64,000 nucleotides of DNA from Candidatus Heimdallarchaeota archaeon. Lineage in GTDB: Archaea > Asgardarchaeota > Heimdallarchaeia > Heimdallarchaeales > Heimdallarchaeaceae. Shown one piece after another: positions 10,141-16,482 of the stretch. Both the position numbers and the translations under genes were made by a program. Each line of letters opens with the position of its first letter. Position 1 is the stretch's first letter. The stretch lies in contig JAEOTE010000007.1 of NCBI GenBank assembly GCA_016839945.1, forward strand, positions 115,799 to 179,798, read 5' to 3'. Under the pieces are notes generated by a model. It was not told where the DNA came from. It ran no database searches and saw only the letters and a list, made by a program, of their open reading frames with translations.

Positions 10141-11839
10141 AGAGCTTAACTTTTTTTGTTGCACCATGAGCCAAGGCCGCAGCAATTCTGTCAGTTTCTA
10201 ACCTAAAATCAGTATAATTAACTGCTTCATCTTCTAAAATTTTTGTTAGATTATCTATGATTATTGGTGCAGATCTTACAAAGCGTGATAATCTTGCATG
10301 CTCTCTTCTTCTTCTTTTAGCTCTGCTTAAAAATGTCTTTAGTCTTCTCCCCAACTGCATTAATGCTAATCGTATCTCTTCCTCAATCTCAGGAACAATG
10401 GATATATATTCTTTACTTGTTTCTGGAAAAGGAATCTTAGTACTTACTACTGATACAGCTACAGCTAGAGGATCAGATTGCCTTGTTAACCCATATTCAT
10501 TCCATCTTATTGAAGAAACAGTATGAGAAATAACATCGTTCCCTGCTCCAAATATGAGTGGGATACGATTTGCGTACCTATAAATTATTTTATTATCTTG
10601 AACGGTAGCTCCCTTTACTTGCGAAGCTTCATTTACTCCCCCTCCATAACCTATTGCTACTTCTACAACAAAGGGATGACCAGAATAAGCTTTAGGAGCT
10701 CTTGTTACAGCTTCTACAAATTTAGGTTCCAGTTCTTTTTCTAAACCCCTCCTTAATCTATTCGATCCTAATGGTGATAAAGCAGTACCTTTTGGATCAT
10801 CAAACTGAAATATTCTATCTCTTTTTCTTTTAACATCTTTCGCTTCTTGGTAAGCTTTTACAAAACCTTCATGAACTATTCTTCTGATTTCGTGAGAGGT
10901 AATATCTTTTGGAGATTTGTTTGGATCAATCTCTAAAAGTTGGAAGAAACCTTCTGCTATTTCCTCATTTACTCCCATGAATTGTGTTGCTAGAAATTGC
11001 TTGAGTGTTTTGCTTTGACTTGCAGTTAATTCTGCCTTGAACTGAGTAATATCACACCCCCATGGATGAATTTTAACTGGTTGAGGAGGGGGAGGCATAT
11101 CATCTACAACACTAAGAAAGTCCAGATCTTCATATTCACCTTCTTTATCTGCAGGAACTTTGATTTTAAAACTGGAATAAGGGGTAATAATTGCTAATTG
11201 CTTAAAATATTCTTTTACGCTATTCTTAGCAAGCCTCCATGCTCCTGTAAAAGTGATTGATATTTCTGTTCCAGGTTCTTCAAGATAGTTTGGATCTCCT
11301 GGTAGGTACTCACGTTGTTCCATGATTACAGGTTCGTTCTTTTCAAGATTTATCATTAAATGAAGCTCATGGGTAATATCATCCATAAAGTATCTGCTTC
11401 GTATTTTTGCAGGTAAGTCAACAGATGACATAGAGTATAGCAAACACATTTTTGCTCCTAAACCAAAACGACCTCGTGTTTGAATTACTCCGTATTTTGT
11501 TCCAGTCAATACTCTCCCAAAAAGTTCAGCAATCTGGTGTCCAGGAACTCCTATCCCATTATCTTTACAGGTTAGTTGTAGAAAATCTAGATGCTTTTCT
11601 AATTTTCTGTATTGCGTAACATCAAGCAATTCATTTATTTCTCTGCTGGAAAGTTTTCTTAAGTCTAAATCAATAACAGGATTAATTCCTCTTTTTTCTG
11701 CTGCATCTAGTCCATTCTCAACTAACTCTCTGATACTTGTGAAAACAGCTCTCATTGAATTACCAAAACCAGCAATGGCTCTGTTTTCATTAAAGAAAGC
11801 AGCAGCTGACATTTTTTTTGTAACTGTATCTTCTGACAC
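1..11839 (-). CDS. top6B: Giant DNA topoisomerase VI subunit B fused to a long HhH-like repeat array (>=3946 aa, 3' end outside window)
   Basis: Manual translation from GTG at 11839 (SD-like AAGGTG upstream): MSEDTVTKKMSAAAFFNENRAIAGFG...RELVENGLDA (GHKL N-box)...CKDNGIG (G1)...GTKYGVIQTRGRFGLGAK (G2)...GTEI...HPWG...RYANRIPLIF...RWNEYG (WxxY)...STKIPFPETSKEY (switch Lys). The same frame reads ...LHKNNIHTLWDIFAQ at bases 2-46. The ORF track has no minus-strand ORF in 1-11.8 kb, as expected for one ORF with no stop in the window. Confidence 0.93.
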   Translation of the reverse strand, partial: MSEDTVTKKMSAAAFFNENRAIAGFGNSMRAVFTSIRELVENGLDAAEKRGINPVIDLDLRKLSSREINELLDVTQYRKLEKHLDFLQLTCKDNGIGVPGHQIAELFGRVLTGTKYGVIQTRGRFGLGAKMCLLYSMSSVDLPAKIRSRYFMDDITHELHLMINLEKNEPVIMEQREYLPGDPNYLEEPGTEISITFTGAWRLAKNSVKEYFKQLAIITPYSSFKIKVPADKEGEYEDLDFLSVVDDMPPPPQPVKIHPWGCDITQFKAELTASQSKTLKQFLATQFMGVNEEIAEGFFQLLEIDPNKSPKDITSHEIRRIVHEGFVKAYQEAKDVKRKRDRIFQFDDPKGTALSPLGSNRLRRGLEKELEPKFVEAVTRAPKAYSGHPFVVEVAIGYGGGVNEASQVKGATVQDNKIIYRYANRIPLIFGAGNDVISHTVSSIRWNEYGLTRQSDPLAVAVSVVSTKIPFPETSKEYISIVPEIEEEIRLALMQLGRRLKTFLSRAKRRRREHARLSRFVRSAPIIIDNLTKILEDEAVNYTDFRLETDRIAAALAHGATKKVKLFMPLGRRLFGANVWCPSRIQSVLRTNNIESISDFLITPSDNIAKLLELTKQDIYNIKLRTISELDREGMSPSFDPKLFVSRTIERRFTQNEKTIITLKEALYRRWIQNSYHYFATDFNKLQTVTGLLEKLFENKKEQLLHQYLLTKDKTSKAKSEKRKQLLASLTKVDDIKIDTLFPTFEYLKDNSKGLISQDTTIEEFLYQTKLPYSVNYQTEVTAVLVNYLQNIFSQLCDKFPTFSKTNVTKMKPDWTDAYTKNAFHRRKIKTIEDLINAKLDDLVVIKELERNLYNTFLDTLVKSSESIELSKFELISDEILREEETEAIKVLSQKGIKTLTNLISLPTASILKRDYKLIGDLLLKESKHKLISHIRESKKDKDLSHVKVIPKDIEQQLVNLQIFTTTAFLAFPSPQLRKLGLRKKDVERIKKSLGTPIFKWIKHQETLKTAGIVSIEEIFYNPPEAYNLTGEAKRTYLETANLLLTPISFAFPSLRRQSYLLQEIGINCIGRFSIWSNSDLSDVLNISEERVKDLKQSISEEEVKKNRTEFGKSLSLLSNQYPRLVQFIEKHNLTIQDLYSVYPTEKPTLNTGFWENIRHLNQLANMEIIELTQLYPDKFKDLSLLTEALLRLKLRNIVTVRQFLDLIPEIIESELNTAKERKLVIELHNNIKNRTFSETDQFSKEILLISEYDEFVQTLGLPISRISKLTLEDFDKLRNRGITAIHQLFEYTIDELAATLVRSTQETQQLIDVFAIEKKGTHFFEKSGNKYTSLISFEYEESERFSSHEIVSLILSGYDTVDKIFYLAHPLTFSSAVVNWNVIDKFRKLLRSPLTLVTWEKIIKKTVQVEESEETQEIEEVQTRTLTTQQLNILRNNGITKIIDLLVSKSEDIASFLGVDNEEAILLQRNVRISDTGIDLSELGILEPRIVRVLDENNIMTIEDLYFSTSKDKWNEEILPWDVIESFKAILNLSLDHISDMLDPEIIELLEKAKIRTLLGFMLSSPEVLMEKTGIPDERFETIKSALDFSDIFGYFSLPVYFLPSLSFSQTEILRENGIKTISEFILASSQKLSKLIKISPKDAESIITSLTSSSIQAMYEQKGIFAFETQLFDKLEQRLLSKDSIFHFERFQTIQEIFYTIEEQYYFSNPELWIKISAVKKYLTLPLKIFTEISEFSLEVLEQNDIHYVYQLLFIPDIDLKDPVLYRVVSTYSSKIIVMQAFHYFAKLPASVYNSSYFNRVIQEVENKTLSDVITDPKVIKDLTGKDKQYLTDHYNLTLIRSILELPLRITPFFTKIRKARREEYKNVIIGDVFEINLEEHSALSPFFSSLMETDSLNKLIMELAIPIASMGLPRELTLKLSKSSINTLIDFFSLPEKQLSEISGFSQKQIREIKEGLTYTDIVSFRLSQSHLIRPSELIPEKKLDELKDLGITDIETLFYSASLLGISEILQVDVYKKAKELLSGSIRFIGFLSYDEIKRLEYHEINSVIDLALLNRDELFTITQNPIYKEFHALDLISFDELSERRISSAIPLTVCPSIEEDYLEKLLDIGINSVQDFISRMEEIRESRPALVRLDIFREVQLYRSSVAFIGLDNHHVMKLIYSGVGDILSFITEDVSTISLLLNMSEKKVQTYLDKITPSNLMKEVKRKGVELVNFFVLSKGKINSLLKSGKIHVQDLYSSNYQAYPTLSVSGDYMRDFLNACHISIYRISELSSEEKLNLTSEGILRLIDLFNCSDKDLKRALNGSIPKTISSARKGTFTLSKGRTLTLNEPIINLLKSLEFDPTKKAVEDIFGFIPDALLQLSESERIEKISSIAFIEQLVSFLCLNVLALPGFDISSKGVLWNNGIKHVIELLSTNVNTIIGIPKAVAKQIRIFQREFNLSTRMSETFSYYIDHALSFPNKAEEQFMKYGLSSALLLVDFIPHPVFDFGDIEKSLIRIITSNMFKPISWLISNVELNIAQLNILSQSDCNNIVSGLLCLSEKEENHDLHSKIVEVLNSIVIQISPPEWAIKLSDIKIVSDSALIKRLKDEKILYLDELLSLDSKIVEKRELLSEVCPLLLSLKSIPLSYIGNLTSKQIEKLKHNGIRNLYQFLLIPAPLLAKLINVAEEKIRTIKTTIDIKSLEENVKLIGLDLSLFSEITKETKTILSEYGCVSLVQASELNLDLIPIPIEEKKNLVKLISILLTPITLIGKSLKLKDTEIKDLLNSNITTYNDLLAIPQKNWPASFSKLITKQKEEPDYLVKNLKKIDKFGISIEMLGLPKKTATSLLQIGITTVEHLFFVPVSHIVTNSKVKGKEVDDYRSQLSNNISYLSSITKESLDYCYEKGFTTIIEHLIFLNKLPKNIQDEIILSLSLIKGIKEEGFKEPLSELEVDLSNKGYSSYKSILTSPTFKDDEVIFKKITPYLLANLRFLDFDPKDLEKMKSAGVNIIADIFYLSPKVIATTSKVKVTTIQNTIKNFKVDSIVQRIDSVAEQNLKEIFFLSAQDRNYLKSIGIYNLEDLMNNTIYDWLVSEKKIKQIQNKAEEVYNTSVLYYPKINQKNLNEIKSNYLDSGIVTFRDLMKTSDATEKANIVGFLGDYLASKEGIIANYISKDQYIEESDVKELFTKKTKTTKIKSILDLITTLYQKEDSLSDLGLKIEQTFSKPISSLAVLTKADLQILEDKSIYTIGDLIIKPISSWMILSPAKLKDKILEITSSLTYKKIETDVKKKVQLSRVKIFDSETKKEIQKHYSTMDDLIFALNKETFTFSKSLANKIKRILKLPIELLLLPDVTIKSWKNIQNYVKNLEEFYLLTNKELASILLLKQAEVEKIRYSLTSSNFGSHPVIKESKIFSAKDIAILNQRSIKYYSDLFDEEVSLDKIPNYLLDKIKVFEKLVLKDLVSKTEYSLNLLDLAYLSMNLNKISVTKKQREDIQNAINSIFNKGITLMQVLNLESKDQKLDMSDSSIEYLLLLQKHEKELYNKTISKLHSKISKKYNELSYHLKRTIILLQPNRLKVDIISKLPYRSIDELLLEDYNKIKSQIPDPVFLRNLRNISLITLKELEGSLTSIPKDLLSGSNISILKKGFILSVEEALVFNKQAKSKTSSVWKTSDSLKNMVETDLFSLPPVRENKKIYDLMNKMKLQTVFDFLIYCKSLSEIEYETTCTSLLPKLSSTRVERMMSSEQKRLSSFIKDKEILSFLRKEDIRTIGILLEYIESKDPKDYSSEIVKIIEKLRAPMLIFINQPRLLEKFHNEGIIQVIDFVSIPDIRKAISVSLTEQEQAIVKSLQDKMNSQLVNETLKSKSYSVKKIGLFDANIRKLLIKSGYTTIAHLNVSEELIVKTSKLNSIQVSRIKRNLDLPFYYLSDIISDNPQSVAELHKNNIHTLWDIFAQ

Positions 11840-12003
11840 GATTGCTACACCTTACATTAAACCTTAAATTAGTTTCTACTATTTTATGATATATGTTATT
11901 TATAACTAGTATGTTTATATTAAACGTATTAGTATTTAAAGATAAATTTTACCGGCAAAAACTCTGAAAAGGAGGAAAGAGGTAAAAAGAAAAATAGAAA
12001 AAG

Positions 12004-15000
12004 TTATTTCTTTTTCAATTTAAATTCTGGAGAAGTTCTATGAAGTACAACTGAAGTTATAGCAAAACCTATTGTAACAAAGAATAATGCACCAAAAGCT
12101 CCTATAGTTCTTGAAGTATCAACTTTATCTATTTCATCCAAGAATTGACCTTTTATGTCATCATAATATACTTCAGTAGCTATAGTTCTGTCATACTGCC
12201 AGAATAGACTACTCATGTCACCAGCAAAACCTGGATTTCCTTGATGCCATGTAGGATATTGATGAACTTTATCAACATGCATTGGATTACTGCCATATTT
12301 TGATGGATTTAGGAGTGAGAACATTTCTACGTGTTGTTCAGCTCTAGAGTTATAGTCTAATCTGTCCTTTCTATCAACAACAGTTCCAGTTTCTCCTTCT
12401 ACTAGCATTTCAAGCTTGTGTTGAGGATCAGTAGTTCTTCCAGGTAAGGAGTTTGTTAAATGCACATCAGAAGGTTTCAAACCCATATTATGCATTTGAT
12501 CCCAAATACCTGTGTAGATAAAGGTTGTATTAATAAAATTAGCTGCGGTCATCCAATAGGTTTGTTCATTGTATGTTTCTTTTACTGGAAAATCAGATTG
12601 ACAGAAGTAATAAAACACTACTTCATCATAGTACAAAGCGTAATCGTTTGCTAGATAAACAAAAGGTCTAAAGAAAGATTCAAACCATTGATTTCGTTCT
12701 CCTCCTTCTATTTGAGGATAACCTATGAATGAATCATATGTTGAATTGTAAACTGCTTCTTCTTGTAAATAAGGCCAATATTCAAATTGAACTTTCGAAT
12801 GGGCATACCAACATTCTAAGTATGTATGAAGCTCATCTTTATTTTCGAGAGTGAATGTTTCTGATACTGGTTCTATTTGGTAGTGGATTAAACCTTCAGA
12901 ATAATCTGCTAGGTAAAGTTCATTTCCATCTGCATAAACTCCATAAGCTTTTCCTAGGTGATCAGATCCATTAAGTCGATAAAGCTCCGATGGAGAGCTT
13001 TTTGATGACACATTAACTACTGTGAGCCCATCTTCTCCTTGTGTTAGGAAAACTTTGGTTGAATCAATGTAGAGATTATTGTAATATGATTCACTTGGAT
13101 CGAAACCATACTTCCCTTCTAGTGTAAGGTCAGCTCCAATACTGAATATAAGTAATCCTTCTACTTCATCAAGTACATAGAGATATGAACCTTCAACCTT
13201 TAAATCAAGGATATTATTAAGTTCAGTGAAGTTTGCTGAATCATAATGCTGATACAGTTCATCAGGTTCGAAAGTCAGGCTGTCTAATCGGACGATATCT
13301 ATTCCATCAGTCCCCAAACCAACATAAGCATTTGTTCCACTTACAGCAATAGATAATGCATCTCCTGAAGTTTCATTAAATGTAGAAAATGTGTTACTTA
13401 GCGTACCATCATCTGAAATCCCTACAGATGTAATACCATACTCCCCATTGGCAATATAAAGATAATAAGTAGGACTAGTGGTGCCAAATAAACCATAATC
13501 AATATCGTGCATATCAGCTCTTCCATAGTTAGTCCATTGTTCCAATTCTTCGATGAATACAGGTTCAGTTGCATTCAGGACTTCTAAACCTCGTTCTCCT
13601 TCAGTTGCATAAATAATAGAGTCAATAACTGTAAGTGAAGTTACTTCTCCTGAATAGTCTCCATATTGTCCTACTGCTAAGAAAAGTGGATGAGTTGTAT
13701 TTACAATTTTAATATCATTTTTACCTTCAATTACATATGCCATTCCGTCTTTAACAAAAACATCCATTGATTTTGATCTCTCAAAAGAAGGAATATTGCC
13801 AATTGCCAAGATTTTACCTACATCTTGAATATTATTTACTCCAGTTCTATGAGCATAATAAAGATCGTTGTTCCAATCGACATCTGTTGATTCAAGAGTT
13901 TGATTAACAATCAGTGGAAACTTTTTATTTCCTAGAAGGACATCTTCAACACCAGTTAACCATTCTAGTGTTGTTCTTCTACAAACGTATGAGATTTGAT
14001 TTTCAAATAACCAGTTGAGTGAAGGTTTTCCTAAGAGGAAATTCATATATTCAGCAAATGATTTTGCATGAGTTTTTTCAATTTCAGTGTCAATACCATA
14101 TATATCTGTTAATAATTGCTCTACATCAACTATTAAATCATCAACAGCTGTATAATCCAACCCTCTAACTAGATCTAAGAAGAATTTAGCAGATCCTTTA
14201 TCACCAGTTAAAATTGAATAATCTTTACCATTATATGTAGCATTGTATAAGATCCTGTAACTTGTTGCTCTGTCAAAATCTAAATCTGGAAAAGCAGGAC
14301 GAACACTAATCCAATTGTGTGGTATGTAAGTTCCTATATCTATTAAATTTTCTTCGTTTGCAAAGGTTTGGTTTAATACAATAGAAGCTAAATCTTGATC
14401 GCTATAACCAAAACTATCTTTAAAACCAAGTAGTTCTTGTTGCAGAAGATAAGAAGCAACATAAGCTTGGAAACCGTATTCGGTTCCATTTCCAAGATGT
14501 TCTAGATAATAAGGCCACATATAATTGAAATTTAAAACATATTCGTTTCCAGTTAATTCTGATGAATCTTGGTTTAAGATATATTGTTTTCTTTTAGTAA
14601 AAACAACATAATCATCTTGTCCCTCTACTGAACTAAATTCTTTAACGGTTTTGTTAATAATAACATCGAATGTTAAATCTCCTTGAACCGTTATGTATCC
14701 TATACGAGCATTATAGTCTACAAATGCTTCCCTATCACTCACATTATAAAAAGTAAAAGTAGCTGTATTATAATATCTTGATTCATTGTTTTGAACTCCC
14801 ATATACATCCAATCTGAAAAATCGTCGGATCCTGTATAGGGTACAATATCATCTTCACTAATTATTCCATAAGCAAAAATTCTTTCAGTAATCTCTGCCA
14901 TGCTGATTTTTGATCTTAAAGGTAGTAAGATACCCATTGCTATTGAAGATCCTAATGTTACAATAATAATCATTGCTCCTAATGCGGTTCTTAATCTAGC

Positions 15001-15006
15001 TTGCAT
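12004..15006 (-). CDS. CD36/scavenger-receptor-class-B-like membrane protein with inserted LVIVD-repeat beta-propeller
   Basis: N- and C-terminal TM helices. CD36-like blocks FYNVSD, RRTTLEWLTGVEDVLL, RTGVNNIQDVGKI, HKLEMLVEGETGTVVDRKDRLDYN, LFWQ. Central LVIVD repeats (YATEGERGLEVLN, AYVGLGTDGIDIV, LYVLDEVEGLLIF, LYLADYSEGLIHY). Confidence 0.75.
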   Translation of the reverse strand: MQARLRTALGAMIIIVTLGSSIAMGILLPLRSKISMAEITERIFAYGIISEDDIVPYTGSDDFSDWMYMGVQNNESRYYNTATFTFYNVSDREAFVDYNARIGYITVQGDLTFDVIINKTVKEFSSVEGQDDYVVFTKRKQYILNQDSSELTGNEYVLNFNYMWPYYLEHLGNGTEYGFQAYVASYLLQQELLGFKDSFGYSDQDLASIVLNQTFANEENLIDIGTYIPHNWISVRPAFPDLDFDRATSYRILYNATYNGKDYSILTGDKGSAKFFLDLVRGLDYTAVDDLIVDVEQLLTDIYGIDTEIEKTHAKSFAEYMNFLLGKPSLNWLFENQISYVCRRTTLEWLTGVEDVLLGNKKFPLIVNQTLESTDVDWNNDLYYAHRTGVNNIQDVGKILAIGNIPSFERSKSMDVFVKDGMAYVIEGKNDIKIVNTTHPLFLAVGQYGDYSGEVTSLTVIDSIIYATEGERGLEVLNATEPVFIEELEQWTNYGRADMHDIDYGLFGTTSPTYYLYIANGEYGITSVGISDDGTLSNTFSTFNETSGDALSIAVSGTNAYVGLGTDGIDIVRLDSLTFEPDELYQHYDSANFTELNNILDLKVEGSYLYVLDEVEGLLIFSIGADLTLEGKYGFDPSESYYNNLYIDSTKVFLTQGEDGLTVVNVSSKSSPSELYRLNGSDHLGKAYGVYADGNELYLADYSEGLIHYQIEPVSETFTLENKDELHTYLECWYAHSKVQFEYWPYLQEEAVYNSTYDSFIGYPQIEGGERNQWFESFFRPFVYLANDYALYYDEVVFYYFCQSDFPVKETYNEQTYWMTAANFINTTFIYTGIWDQMHNMGLKPSDVHLTNSLPGRTTDPQHKLEMLVEGETGTVVDRKDRLDYNSRAEQHVEMFSLLNPSKYGSNPMHVDKVHQYPTWHQGNPGFAGDMSSLFWQYDRTIATEVYYDDIKGQFLDEIDKVDTSRTIGAFGALFFVTIGFAITSVVLHRTSPEFKLKKK

Positions 15007-15138
15007 ACTTTATCACGATATCGTCTAATTTATTGTTTCGTCTCACAAGATATATTTAAAGGTAATGACTAGAGCATTACTTCTGAGACTGAATTGAAAG
15101 AAGGAAGATTTGTGCTATTATATATTTTGTGCAATGTA

Positions 15139-16395
15139 TTAATTTTCGCTATTTTCTGCTCTTACTTTAATAAGATAGTTAGGTTTTTCCCATATAACAT
15201 CCAAATCTGAAAGGTCTATGGTTCCCATACTCTCCTCATTTTCACCATAAATTTCTACAAAAATCTTCGAAAACAAATCATATTTACCCAAGATTTGATT
15301 TGGTAACATGTTACTTGTGAAAATTCCTCTAATAAGCGCACCATTTGTTCTCTTAGGAAGGATTGAGAACATTACATCAAGGTTCGAGTAATTTCTTCTA
15401 ATCTTCTGATATTCCTTTGTAATTAATCCTTGGTTACCTGGCTGGATTACTAGGAAACCTCTAGTGGATTGATCCTCTGTTATGAAGTTCCAAGCAAGTT
15501 TATTATTTTCTATTAACTTCGATAATACAGGATTATTGTCATAAACATCGACTGAATATATTAAGCAAGGTCCTTTTGTTTCGTTGAAGATTCTTAGAAA
15601 ATTACTTAAATCTATATGGTAGAACTCTGAGGGTGTTTGTGATGCAATAAGAAGATCTGAAATAATATGAGCCTCTCTATCATATAGTTTAGATTTCAAG
15701 ATATCTAAATCTACATTCGTATTGGCTTTTATTAAGCTATTTTCATCATACAAAATAAAGGGTACATCAATATCTGTTGATTCTTTCATTAACCTATGAA
15801 TGGTTGTAAGAACATTGAATTCTTGGATTATCTCTATCTCATGTGGTGGAATATGAAAAGACAAGATAGGCTGAAGGTTTTTTTCTTTTAGGTATTCAAC
15901 TATTTTAGTTATTAACCCAATAGTAAAAGCATCGTTTTCTACAAATATGAAAATAAGAGAGGTATCTTTAAATTGTTTGTTTAATTCTTGTGTTACTTTT
16001 TCTTTATTCTCCTCAAACCATGCAATTCCTCTTGAAAAAGTATTTTCCAACAATTTCAATGTAGGAGTCTCAAGAAAAGGAATGTTAGCACCTAAATCTT
16101 GTGATAGGTTTGAACGAGAAATCAAAAGTGAGGACGGAAACTTATCTTTAATTTGATTATTCATCGCTTTAAGAATCTCAAACCCATAATTTTCAGTAAA
16201 TATTAAACCAGAGGAGATTTTATTAATCTCAGCTTCTACAAAAAGTGTGTCTGATGATTCGCTTCCAGATAATTGTTTATCTGTCGTTTTGCTTTGTTTT
16301 ATTATTGATTCAAAATTAAAACTATAAAGTGCATTATATTTTTCAGGAGGATCTCCCTCTATTTTTTTTCCTTTTTTTCTGAATAGCGCTTTCAT
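15139..16395 (-). CDS. Degenerate tubulin/FtsZ-fold protein lacking the GGGTGS signature
   Basis: Collinear with 19344..20483: HIPPHE/VVPEKDE, QEFNV/VQYNA, PFILYDENSL/PVILFDNEKL, YHIDLSNFL/YNANLKDFF, RGFLVI/LGYLTI, IRGIFT/IRGILT. Confidence 0.65.
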   Translation of the reverse strand: MKALFRKKGKKIEGDPPEKYNALYSFNFESIIKQSKTTDKQLSGSESSDTLFVEAEINKISSGLIFTENYGFEILKAMNNQIKDKFPSSLLISRSNLSQDLGANIPFLETPTLKLLENTFSRGIAWFEENKEKVTQELNKQFKDTSLIFIFVENDAFTIGLITKIVEYLKEKNLQPILSFHIPPHEIEIIQEFNVLTTIHRLMKESTDIDVPFILYDENSLIKANTNVDLDILKSKLYDREAHIISDLLIASQTPSEFYHIDLSNFLRIFNETKGPCLIYSVDVYDNNPVLSKLIENNKLAWNFITEDQSTRGFLVIQPGNQGLITKEYQKIRRNYSNLDVMFSILPKRTNGALIRGIFTSNMLPNQILGKYDLFSKIFVEIYGENEESMGTIDLSDLDVIWEKPNYLIKVRAENSEN

Positions 16396-16482
16396 TTTAC
16401 ATCACTTTTTCAAATACAGATATTTCACCTTTCTTTTAAGACTTTTTCATTGATGATTTGGATAAATTGTTTATTCATTAAA

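Noticed and set aside
525-10744. Eight short plus-strand ORFs listed in the track for the first 11 kb
   Set aside because: Antisense shadows of the giant minus-strand Top6B ORF; Ser/Leu/Phe-rich with no motifs.
1-11839. Intein or Topo VIII (B-A fusion) explanation for the giant ORF
   Set aside because: No intein splice or LAGLIDADG motifs and no Top6A WHD/TOPRIM motifs were recognised in the visible part. A terminal A domain beyond the window cannot be excluded.
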